From: Marsupella aquatica
Lineage: Eukaryota; Plantae; Marchantiophyta
DNA: 64,000 nucleotides
Assembly: GCA_973895155.1 (NCBI GenBank)
Contig: OZ316893.1
Coordinates: forward strand, 1,054,860-1,118,859
Direction of reading: 5' to 3'
Below the pieces are notes generated by a model. That model saw only the letters and a list, made by a program, of their open reading frames with translations, did no database searches and was not told where the DNA came from. Both the position numbers and the translations under genes were made by a program. Of the stretch, positions 48,482 through 59,115 are shown piece by piece (the first letter of the stretch is position 1; each line of letters begins with the position of its first letter).

Positions 48482-50155
48482 ATGGCGACCAGGAAGGTGG
48501 CGAGATCGTTGATTACTCGATTGGTTGCATCCGGCAAGGGGACAATCACAGCACCTTCGGTCGGGGTCGGGGCCGGGACGATTACGACGGCAAATACTGC
48601 AAGCTCGAGCTCTGCATTGTGGAGGAATGCCTACGGAGCTCGTCCATATGGTGCTGCAGCGGCAGAGGAAGATCTGGAGACTCCGATCAAGGCTCCCTTT
48701 CCTGTTCAATACACGAAGTTATTGATCAATGGTGAACTCGTAGACGCTGCCTCTGGGAAGACGTTCGCGACCGTAGACCCGCGGACGGAAGAAGTGATTG
48801 CTCATGTGGCTGAGGGCGACAAGGAGGATGTGGATCGCGCAGTGAAGGCGGCCAGGAATGCGTTCGACGAAGGTCCGTGGCCGCGAATGCCTCCGCACGA
48901 GCGTGCGCTAATCCTCAACAGGTTTGCCGATTTGCTCGATAAGCACAACGACGAGCTCGCGGCGTTGGACGCGCTAGATAGCGGCAAGCCCTATGACCAA
49001 GCTCGATTTGGAGAGATGCCTAGCGTGGTGAGGCATTTCCGATACATTGCCGGATGGGCCGATAAGATTCACGGATTGACTGTTCCTACGGAAGGAAGCA
49101 ATTTTGCGTACACTCTGCATGAGCCTATCGGTGTTTGCGGGCAGATCGTACCCTGGAATGTCCCGATGGTGATGTTCGCATGGAAGGTCGCCCCTGCCCT
49201 CGCTACGGGCAACACTGTCGTCCTCAAGAGTGCGGAGCAAAGCCCTCTCTCGGCCATACTAGCCGGGAAGCTCGCCCTGGAGGCTGGCATCCCCCCCGGT
49301 GTCCTCAACATCATTTCAGGATTCGGATCGGCTGGGGCCGCGATCTCTGAGCACATGGACGTCGACAAGATTTCGTTCACGGGCTCCACGGAAGTTGGGA
49401 AGAAGATCTTGGCAGCCGCGGCGGGGAGCAATTTGAAAAAGGTGACCCTGGAGCTCGGTGGCAAGTCTCCGTTCATCGTCTGCGCGGACGCGGATGTGAA
49501 TCACGCGGCCGATTTATCTCACTTCGCTCTCTTCTTCAATCAAGGCGAATCCTGCGCCGCGGGGTCCCGAAGTTTTGTCCACGAGAGTGTTTATGAGGAG
49601 TTCATCGAGAAGGCGAAGGACCGGGCGGTGAAGAGAGTGGTGGGAGACCCTTTCCGGAGTGGTGTTGAGCAAGGGCCCCAGATCGACAAGGCGCAATTTG
49701 ACAAGATTTTGGGATACATCAACAGTGGGGAGAGTCAGGGTGCGAAGCTCATCACGGGTGGGTCCCGCTTAGGAAAGAAGGGGTTCTACATCAAGCCCAC
49801 GGTCTTCGGCGAAGTCGGCGATGACATGAAAATTTTCAATGAGGAAATCTTCGGTCCCGTCCAGTCGGTCTCCAAGTTCAGTACCTTGGACGAGGTCGTG
49901 AAGCGGGCGAACAAGTTGAGTTTTGGGCTGGCTGCGGCTGTTGTCACCAAGAATTCGGATACTGCGAACACTCTCTCTCGCAATTTGAAAGCAGGAACAG
50001 TTTGGATCAACACGTACAATGCGTGGAGTCCGAGCATTCCGTTCGGAGGCTACAAGCAGAGTGGCATTGGTAGAGAGGGGGGTATCTACGGCGTGGAGAA
50101 TTATCTCCAAGTGAAGGCAGTTGTGACACCCATCAACAATCCAGCTTGGTTATGA
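48482..50155 (+). CDS. ALDH2: Family-2 aldehyde dehydrogenase with mitochondrial-type transit peptide, intronless CDS, 557 aa
   Basis: Motifs [44 protein letters not shown] (catalytic Glu), [13 protein letters not shown] (catalytic Cys), EEIFGPV and [13 protein letters not shown]. The N-terminus is R/S/A-rich. A probable 5'UTR intron spans 48013-48427. Confidence 0.95.
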   Translation: MATRKVARSLITRLVASGKGTITAPSVGVGAGTITTANTASSSSALWRNAYGARPYGAAAAEEDLETPIKAPFPVQYTKLLINGELVDAASGKTFATVDPRTEEVIAHVAEGDKEDVDRAVKAARNAFDEGPWPRMPPHERALILNRFADLLDKHNDELAALDALDSGKPYDQARFGEMPSVVRHFRYIAGWADKIHGLTVPTEGSNFAYTLHEPIGVCGQIVPWNVPMVMFAWKVAPALATGNTVVLKSAEQSPLSAILAGKLALEAGIPPGVLNIISGFGSAGAAISEHMDVDKISFTGSTEVGKKILAAAAGSNLKKVTLELGGKSPFIVCADADVNHAADLSHFALFFNQGESCAAGSRSFVHESVYEEFIEKAKDRAVKRVVGDPFRSGVEQGPQIDKAQFDKILGYINSGESQGAKLITGGSRLGKKGFYIKPTVFGEVGDDMKIFNEEIFGPVQSVSKFSTLDEVVKRANKLSFGLAAAVVTKNSDTANTLSRNLKAGTVWINTYNAWSPSIPFGGYKQSGIGREGGIYGVENYLQVKAVVTPINNPAWL

Positions 50156-50508
50156 GCTCAGCTAGAGGATCATTCGACCCATCCCTCCTGCTATTTTCTG
50201 CGGCGACCCAGAAATCATCCACGAGACCGAATTCCATCGGCTTTCTGTGTACCGATTACATCCATGAAACTTGAGCTCGAAACACTCCATACCTCCGCAA
50301 GAACATTATCTCCAAGTGAAGGCAGTTGTGACACTCATCAACAATCCAGCTTGATTAAGAGCTCAGCTAGAGGATCATCTCACCCACCCCCCTGCCATTT
50401 TCTGCGGCGATCCAGAAATCATCCGCGGGGCCGAATTCCATCGGCTTTCTGTGTACCGATTACATCCATGAAACTTGAGTTCGAAACACTCCATACCTCC
50501 GCAAGAAC
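50100..50508 (+). repeat. ~205-bp tandem duplication of the ALDH 3' end
   Basis: Unit 1 (50100-50304) contains the last ~18 codons and the stop. Unit 2 (50305-50508) is a diverged copy. Confidence 0.9.
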
Positions 50509-50556
50509 CAAGGATGTGGTCCCGTGTGTGCAGGCCTGCTTTTGTGTGAATAGTTT

Positions 50557-50725
50557 GTGGGCTTGTTCACTAGGAGGTGCCACTAAAGAAAAGGGTGAAT
50601 TAAAGACAAAGGGTGTGTGGGCTTGTTCACTAGGAGGTGACACTAAAGAAAAGGGTGAATGAAAGACAAAGGGTGTGCTGACTAGGAGGTGACACTAAAG
50701 AGAGGGTGAATGAAGGACAAAGGGG
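50557..50725. repeat. Three ~55-60-bp tandem units
   Basis: ACTAGGAGGTG.CACTAAAGA.AGGGTGAAT.AA.GACAAAGGG occurs three times. Confidence 0.9.
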
Positions 50726-51315
50726 TGTATAGGGTATATGTGTGTTTATGTGGGTAAGGTGTAGTGGTGGGGAGTACTCATTTCTCCTCGGCCACTGGCT
50801 GGCCAATTTGTGATCCTGGTTGAACTCTCTCTCCTTCCGTGGGTATTGCCCCCCTGGTTGAACCCTCTTTTTTTCATGGTATGGGTCCTGTTGGATCCGT
50901 GGCTATCGCCCCCCTGGTCGAACCCTCTTTCTTTCCTGGTACGGGTCCGGGTTGGATCCCTGCTTATAGTTGCACCCCCTCCCTCCCCCCCCCTCTTGTG
51001 GTCTACCCTACAGTGGTGCATATTCCAAAGTAGAACTACTATCCTTTGTGGGATGATACTATTTGCAGGTTTCAAGACGAAAGGTATGGGTTCTGTTGGA
51101 TCCATATTCCAAAGTAGAACTACTATCCTTTGTGGGATTGTGGGATGGTACTACTTTCAGGTTTCAAGACAAAAGAGTCATGAAAGGTATGGGTCCCTGT
51201 TGGACCAGTGGGTATTGTCCCCCTTGTGGGCTACCCTACAGTTGTGAATATTCCAAAGTAGACCTTACATCCTCTGTGGGATAGTATTATTTGCGGCATT
51301 CAAGACAAAAGAGTA
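50725..51315. repeat. Dispersed repeat with internal subrepeats; related copy at ~62005-62230
   Basis: ATATTCCAAAGTAGA occurs three times. AGGGTATATG...GGAGTACT...CTCCT.GGCCA.TGGCT and TTGTGGGCTAC are shared with the 62-kb region. Confidence 0.6.
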
Positions 51316-51436
51316 CTGAAAGACAAGAATTTTTGAATACAGGGCAGTCCTAATTGCAGTGTGGAGTAAATTCTGTAGCAGCAGGTCATTAATACACTTG
51401 ACACAGGAGATTTTTTGTTCTTACTATTTTTAGTAA

Positions 51437-53802
51437 CAGCAAGGAGAAGTTTCATATTGACCTGACCCAAAAATTGCACGAGCAATGTTGTCCACGAGTA
51501 GAGTACTGCAAAGAGTGCATTGTTCTCTATGAATGCACTATGAATCACAAAGAAATAAATTATGAAAGATATTAAATTTTGGAAACCACCTAGCCAAAGT
51601 GGGAAAGTTCAACTGGGCAATTTGAACCTGGCAATACCATAAGGAAGGGATAGGTCTAAAGCTGGGTCTACTGTATTATAAATTACAAAGAGAGTGCTTC
51701 TTGTGCATGAATATAAAAGTAACAAAAAGGAAAATCGTGAAGGATACTAAATTTCGGAAATCACCAGGCCAAGTTGAGAAAGATCTGCTGGGCAAGTTCA
51801 ATCTTACAATATCATAATTATTGGATATGTGGTAATCTGGATTTACTATTCAGGTTACCCTAATACCATAAGAATTGGATAGGTTGTTAGCTAGGTCTAC
51901 TGTTCAGATTACCATTTCCAGTCAACTCCTCTTATGCTCATCCATTGCCCACAATGTTTGAGAAGTACAAAATAGTGCACATCATTGCTTTTTTGAGAAC
52001 ATTTTTTACTTATTTTAGTAAGCTGGATGACCACGTTTTGCTTTAATTGGGGACAGTGGAGGTTTAATGTTGGGAGACTCTTAAACTTGCCTTAATAATC
52101 CCATAATGCTTCCACCCAACCTAAATGGTTAATGGAGGTGGCTTATTCTCCAAAAAGAGAAGATTACCTAAATTCTGAGCTTTATAACTTTCTGTCCACT
52201 TGCAACAACGAGCATTGTGAGTCAAGATACATTTTTGTTTTGGGAAAATGTGTCAATTGTTTACATAGAAATGTTGAATTGAATGGATATCAAGATGCTG
52301 CCATGAAAGTTCACTCTCAAAACAAAAATGTATCATGACTCACACAGGTGTACCAAGTCACCTCAGACTGATTTTGCTTTAAGATAGCAGAAAAAAATTT
52401 CATCCCAACTTGTAAAGGAACTAATTAATAAGTCCTCTCAACATTATAATCTTTTTGAGAGGGAAGTACTACAAGGCAAGCTACTTTACTTTATTTTGGG
52501 GGAATTATCTTTAATTATCCAAAGCTAAATTTTTTGCTGAATTATCTAGATACTATTGTCCTAAAAGAGTTCATTACCATTTGGGAAAGGTTGTTTAGAG
52601 TTGGGGCAATATTAACCTTCTGCCAATTTAATTTGACAGTCAATTCCTGTCACTAATCACTACATCAACTCAGTAATAAGCTCCAACATACAATAGGCGA
52701 CCCTGAAATCAGTAAACAATTTTTTACTAACCTGTCCCTCAAACTACCCAATATTATTAACATGTCCCTCAAACAAAATTAATTATCAACCTGTCCCCCA
52801 TTTTGTATTTAAGTTAATATTAACTCATATATGGGTTCCCATGACCATGCGGGGCCAAGGAAGGGGGGCCGAGGGGGGTCGTGGTGGGTTCAGGCTATCC
52901 AGTAACAACTTGTCACATGGCAATGGGAATTGGTTTACAAGTTAATCTTAACCCAAATACAAAATAGGGGACATGTTGATAATTAATTTTGTTTGGGGGG
53001 CACCTTAGCAATATTGGGTATTTCAGGGGACAAGTTAGTAAAATGTTGAATTAGTAAACAAAATTCACAGGCACAATTACATGTACCTGTGCTGGCTTGG
53101 GCATTATTGAGAGTTCCTGAGGAGGTTTTGTCGCTCACTCTGTCAACAACTGAAGGGGCCTCAACGGAGTCAAATTGGCTGAAAACCTCACATTCTTGTC
53201 ATCCATGAATTACTTACCAACCTTTGTCAGGGCACTGATAATTCATTAGTGGATTCAACAATACAAGTGGCAACTTCCATTTTGAGTAATTATGTTCAAT
53301 CGTACCTCAGATAGCAATCACTAGTGAGGTTTCCAGAAATTATTCTGCCGACATCATCAGGAACTCCTTTGGCAAACTTTCTTGTGATGAATCCTGCTCT
53401 CCCACTTTGATTGCTGAAGAGATTTGGTGGCAAGCCGACCAATTTGAACATGTTCACAAGCAACTTGCTCAATGTATCTGAGACTAGTCCAACCTTGTGC
53501 AACCTATTGTACAAGACATTTCTTACAGGAATGGCTATAGGTCCCCAAAACAAGTCAATTTGTTTCCTCTCCGTAGCTTAGGCGTGAGGCACATATATTG
53601 GTTGACAGTCATCTAGAACTCAAATTTGCAAGGGTGGAAATTAAACACTTTCAATTTGAGCTTTGCTGTAGCGATCAAGAGTATAAGAGTTATTTTGCCA
53701 CGACGCTTTAAAACTTCGCACGTCATATTAGAACCTCTAATAGTGAGTACAAAAGACAAAACAGTCCATACAGCGAATGAAGCCATGCAGGAAAATAATA
53801 AT
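51437..53802 (-). mobile_element. Crypton/DUF3504-like tyrosine-recombinase element relic (copy A)
   Basis: Minus-strand 53553-53296 reads ..HKVG...LSKLL.NMFKLVGL....FSNQSGRAGFITRKFAKGVPDDVGRIISGNLTSDCYLRYD. This fits the YR box II pattern (NHSxR...GV.....TGH.S......Y). Boundaries come from homology with copy B. Confidence 0.6.
52715..53047. mobile_element. Mutator-like MITE with ~110-bp TIRs nested in copy A
   Basis: 52715-52825 matches the reverse complement of 52940-53047. The 9-bp flanks AAATCAGTA and GAATTAGTA match at 7/9. Related half-elements lie near 9860-9930 and 34640-34740. Confidence 0.8.
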
Positions 53803-54541
53803 CCTGCCCAGAATTCAGCTACCTCTGGCTGAATGGGATGATGAGAAAAATATTGGAGAATCGCTGAGCTCAGGATTTGGATCCAAGGATCCAGTGGTAG
53901 TAATTTCTTGAAGGATTCTGTTGATTCTATTTAGCCAAATTTTTACAAGATGGTACAATTCTGACACCTTGCCGTGGGCTTAGATTGTACAAGAGGTCAA
54001 TGTAGATGCAAATAGCCAGCCCAGAATGTCAACAAAATGTAATTATAGAGTGATGAAAATGAATTCATTTTGCATCTGTCTAGTGAAAAGATTCTAGCGA
54101 CTGGAACTCGTGTGAGTTCTTGTATCACGAAAGAGTGATGATGCTTGGTGCATATAACTTAATAAGAGGTCCAAATTAGCTTTCACTATCTGACAACACC
54201 GTTCTGAAAACCTGACGTGTGAAAAATATTAATCATACTGATAATCCTGCCAGAACCAACCGAAGTGAAATTGACTGCTTCATGCACAATGGAGACGAAG
54301 CACTACTTCATGTTAGGCCAGGTGATGGAATACATTTCTGGAGCGTAACTTGAATAGAAAGGGACCATTGCATTGACATCTTTTGGCTAGAGTTGGTGCT
54401 CTTAATTGTGTCATGAACGGCAGCAAGGGCTGGGTTCTGCTGACATAAGGTAAAAGCCTTCTAAAAATATTTAGTGTCGTGGATATATGAGCTAGAGGTG
54501 AATATTCTATGGAAGATGGAAGATGCAGTCGTTCTTATCCT

Positions 54542-57238
54542 TTAACCGATGGCTCGACTGACAAGATGGCGTTCAATCTTTCTCTTTGGGCCTGTGTTTA
54601 ATGTGGGTTTGTCAGAAACAAGAATAACTCGTCGTGACAAGAGTTGCACATCTCTTTCAAGTTGTGCAAGATCCTCTTCCATCCTGATGGTCACATGCCA
54701 AACGTTGAGTCAGCCATCAGTCATTGTTAAAGTTTGGTTACATCTAAAAGTTGAACATACTGTCATCAAAATGGACGTGGTAACGACCGGTATGTGGGGA
54801 ACAAACCCGGTTTGATTACTGTCCACTCATTGTTTGTTTGGAATGTATCACAAACAGACTACACGGGAAAGGTGGGATGGAGTCAGTCTTTTATTCTTTA
54901 TTTTGGTCTTTATTTCAAGCATCTGGGAGGTTGGCGTTGCAAGATGCTTGCTGTTCAGCGGACCTGGATGCTTGTATTGTTAAAAGACTTACTTCTCTCT
55001 TCTGAATTTCATGGAATCGCAATCAATAGTTGAAGGATAGGCTTGATAAGCTCTGTTCAGATGTGCCCATTTCAATTTGAGATTGATTATCAGTTCGTTT
55101 CTCTCCTCCTCCCCCAGTCTGCAACCCAAAACAAGTTATCCGAGTCAAATTTAAGTCACGGGGCCCTAGTCATATAGTTTCTTTCTTTGAGAATCCCATG
55201 AGAATCCCATGAGAATCCCCTGTACTGGCTCTGCTAAATGGGATTAGTCAAATTGCCGCTAACCTGACTCGGGATCCATATTCGCTATTTCTTGAAGACA
55301 CTGAAACAAAGATATGAAAGTCATCACTTGGAACAAAGTATACAGAATTATGGCCCATAAGGCCCTGGGTTTTGCTCTAGTTTTGAGGGGCTGTTATTGC
55401 CCATATTGCCTACTCAACAGGGCATTAATATATAAAGGAGAAATTTCATAATCTCCCATCCAAATCTGGACTGTACAGTAAAGTGTAAACATGCAGTGTG
55501 GGATATAATGCCCCCTAAAACTCAAACTTTGAGCTCCAGTTTTGAGGGGCTATCAGATTGCCCGTAATGCTCTGGTAATCCATTTGAAGGCCTAAGCGAT
55601 TTTTAGTTTACCTAATTTTATTAACAGTAGAGGAACATTCATGATGATGAACTGATCCAAATCTCAGACAGTGCATTCTTCTCCCATAATGCATTGAAAA
55701 CGAGAATGCCTAGGAAATTAAAAAGAGAAAGTCATGAAGGGCATTAAGATATGAAATAGCCATCAGATGAAACAGGTGTCCCTTACTTTCGACAATCCGG
55801 ATGCCTACACTTTTTCCCACCTCCTGGTCCGGTTCCATTGAGATCGCTGGAATCTTCTATCTGTTTGATGGCCTCTTGAATTCTTTTCAACAGGTACCGA
55901 GGAACTTTACCGTAGTCTTTCTTATGTACATATCCTTCTTTTGGTGGCCGCACCTTTGGTGGTTCTGGGAGTGAGCACCCACAAGATTCCAGTCCAGTGT
56001 TCGGGTAAAGCTTCTACCATCACTCACTACTATGCCTACCGGAGAGAGGAAAAAGAAAAAACGGACAAATTTCTGTAAAGAGAGTGCCTAAGCAGAGGCT
56101 ACAAGTACAATGAGCCAAGATGGAATAGAACACAACCTAGGCCTCCTGCCTTCATCATATGTTTCTTGGCCAAGCCTTGTATTACGATAGGAACAGGATG
56201 CTGTGTAACATTTTTCAGTTCAAAGCTCCAGTGAATACCTTCTTCTTACAAACAAGGGAAGCCAAAGTTTTGGGAGTTTGCATCTGCAGGATGAAGGTAT
56301 TACTTGATTTTATTGCTTTGACTGCGTTAACAGTTATCCAGTTGCTGCCGCTGCTCTGTCCATGGACCTGCAATGCAACCAACCATTCCTCAACACATTC
56401 CAGTGCTATCTTTAGTACCGTGTGAACATCTGTACTCTGAATTTGTATGTGAAGGCAAGAGTTTTGGTTTAATGGACATAATTCTCCATCTCGGTACAGC
56501 GTTGACTTGACTCAAAGAGCGTTGAGTTCGTTTGGATGACCATCACTCCATGTGCATAGAGAGTTCAGTTTTGGTCATGTTCAAGGATTAGCATTATAGA
56601 CATAAAAGTCAGAGACTGACATTTTATATCCACCCATGGGTCTAGAAGTGGAAATCACACCGGAGGATGGAGAGAATCACAGGCTGCTCTCGCTTTATTC
56701 TTTACGGAGCATCTTTGGACTCCTGCACCCAATATTCAAAGAGAATTTTAGAAAAAATAATAGTGGAATTGTTCGGATGTTCCTTCCAACCTTAGTATCC
56801 TATCAAGAAAAATTGTCACTAGAGATAGGAAGGCCCATATGTATGGTACATGACATCCAAATGGGGGGTGGCTTATATTATACCCGCTCCGTTGCATCTC
56901 ATGCAGAAATGCTTCAGGAGAGTAATCTATAGCTCAATTCTTGGTCTATGACCTGATCACATTGTAACAATCAGGTCCAAGAAGTTTACATTACACTAAG
57001 TGAAGACCAAATCCTGAGAAAAAGAGGGAATATTATATGCATGATGAGCGGTTCTGGAATTAATTTTCAGGGGTGGTCTTTGCTTGCCGTAGAAAATGAC
57101 AGGCTCCTTTGAGTGTTTTCGCAGCCACTGATCGGTTCTGGGCTGTCGAGATCTCAATCGATGCCCAAAAGTAGCCTTGGGTCTCTGCAGAGCTTCCTGT
57201 TTAACCTTCACCATGAATTTCCATACTCTCTCATCTTT
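54542..57238 (-). CDS. ENKUR: Enkurin/FAP106-like flagellar protein. Exons 57238-57088, 56722-56661, 56367-56304, 55964-55787, 55118-54993, 54683-54542; N-terminus unresolved (in-frame ATG at 57214)
   Basis: The spliced frame gives KATFG...WLRKHSKEP, HPPVHGQSSGSNWITVNAVKAI, HKKDYGKVPRYLLKR, LGEEERNELIINLKLKWAHLNRAYQ and MEEDLAQLERDVQLLSRRVILV. These are enkurin-domain signatures, and all exon phases match. Confidence 0.88.
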
Positions 57239-58640
57239 CTGCAAACAAATATGTCTATCGTGAGCAACACAACAACGGTGTGTCTTCTCCACTCGACTGA
57301 AAACCCTTCTTTCTCTAAACCCTACTGCCAACTAAGTGTAGTTGTTTAGGACAAACGCAGTGCTAGGAGGCGTGGAAAGAATGGGCCTGACAGCAAGGAG
57401 TTGAAGCCATGGACATCCCATATGGATTGACTAGTTGCCGATTTCCACAGCTAATTAAAGCGGAAGGCCCTTCTGTAGGCATCAACGTCCAACAAAGTGC
57501 AAAGTGCAATGCTGGAACTCCTTCCGGTAGCATCTTTACGTTCTAATGCAGCATCACAATCAAGGGTCACTAAGAAAGGCAAGAGTGGGAAAGGACCCAA
57601 CATCAAACTCTCCAAGGAGGGAACTGCACTGGAAGCTTCCAGTTATGCATGGTCTACAGATGTTTCTCCCATGGATTAGCAGAAATATGTAGACAATGAA
57701 AGAAATTGCAGCTGACATTCACTTCCAAAGGATATCATGCAGTGGACAGAGATTCGAAGCCTCTAGTCCATTACTGAGGCAAGAAAACAGTAGGGTAGGA
57801 TTGGTGAACAATAAAGGGATGTCGATGCTCTCACATAGAATGAATGAGTTTGAATTCCATGGGCCTCGCCATGTCGGGGAACAAGACTATTTTACATTGC
57901 CCACAACTTTCCAAAAGTGAAGTAGATACCCAGACCATGGCAACAAAACATAGAGACTAACCAGACATCAAATCTTGTCTCTAACTAGATGAGGAAAAAA
58001 GTGAATTTGTTTGAGTGAACAATTGACACGTGATTCTTGTTGAAATGCAGATGAGACATAATCCTACCCCGTCTGACTCAGCTTGTTAAGAGTAGTCAAT
58101 TCAATCACTGTCGCCGACGTCACTATATAATCTACTTTAGGGCGGACATTAAAAGAATTAGACCATCATAGATAGGACCACCACAGACGGACAAAAGGGA
58201 CGAGAAATCACAACAGGGATGGAAGGCAAGGATCGCTGGTGGTAAAATTTAAGGTATAATTTAATGGATGAACGAATTTCATTGCCTTGCATCAATCCTG
58301 TTTTCGTGGGAAGAGATTAAGAAGTGGACATTGTCCAATCGCAAAAGTCTCACCTTAGACCGGATGGGCGGAGTTTTGGGCATCTCTTTGAAGGTAACAG
58401 GAATAAGCTTCCGAATGGACTCATTAGATTCCCACATCTCGTGTGTCCTCTTTTGCAATTTTCAACCAATCGATCGACGACCACAATCAATCAATTCATG
58501 CTTCTCAACATCCAGCTGTGCAAGAGGTTGTCGAGGGAAAGTCTCTAATGCAGAAAGAAGAACCAATCAATCAATTTGTGGCCAAATCTACTCTACACCA
58601 CTTAGCTACGGATCTACCGAAATGGCGGCTCAAAAACAGC

Positions 58641-58740
58641 CACAAACTCCTCCATTGTCACGGACATTAATTTCTCTTTACAACTCGCACAAACTCCTCC
58701 ATTGTCACCAACATTAATTTCTCATTACAACTCGCACAAA
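58641..58740. repeat. 47-bp tandem duplication
   Basis: CACAAACTCCTCCATTGTCAC..ACATTAATTTCTC.TTACAACTCG occurs twice. Confidence 0.9.
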
Positions 58741-58798
58741 CCCTAACAGTTTCCCAGTGACCTCCCGAAAGTGAAGGAGAAAAAAGTCAGTCTAAGTG

Positions 58799-59115
58799 AG
58801 CAGAGGAGAAGTTTCATATTGAGCTGACCCAAATACACGCCCAATATTCTCCACGAGTACATTAGAAATTGCAAAGAGAGTGTATGGTTCTCTATAAATG
58901 CAGTATAAATCCAAAGACAAAAATTATGAAAGATATTAAATTGTGGAAATTAAACACTTTGAAAACGCTCTTTGCTGTAGCGATCAAAGTGTATAAGAGT
59001 TATTTTGCTCTGGCGCTTTAAAACTGCACACGTCATATTAGAACCTCTAATAGGAGGACTAACAAAAGACAAAACAGTCCATCCAGCGAATGAAGCCGTG
59101 CAGGAAAATAATAAT
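58799..59115 (-). mobile_element. Internally deleted copy B of the Crypton-like element
   Basis: 58799-58949 aligns with 51437-51585 and 58944-59115 aligns with 53635-53802. The two halves join at a single TGGAAA. Confidence 0.75.

Noticed and set aside
48974-50110. Several antisense ORFs within ALDH
   Set aside because: Expected by-products of a GC-rich CDS.
12740-50155. SDH and ALDH2 as a metabolic gene cluster
   Set aside because: They are 33 kb apart, separated by unrelated housekeeping genes, with no pathway evidence.
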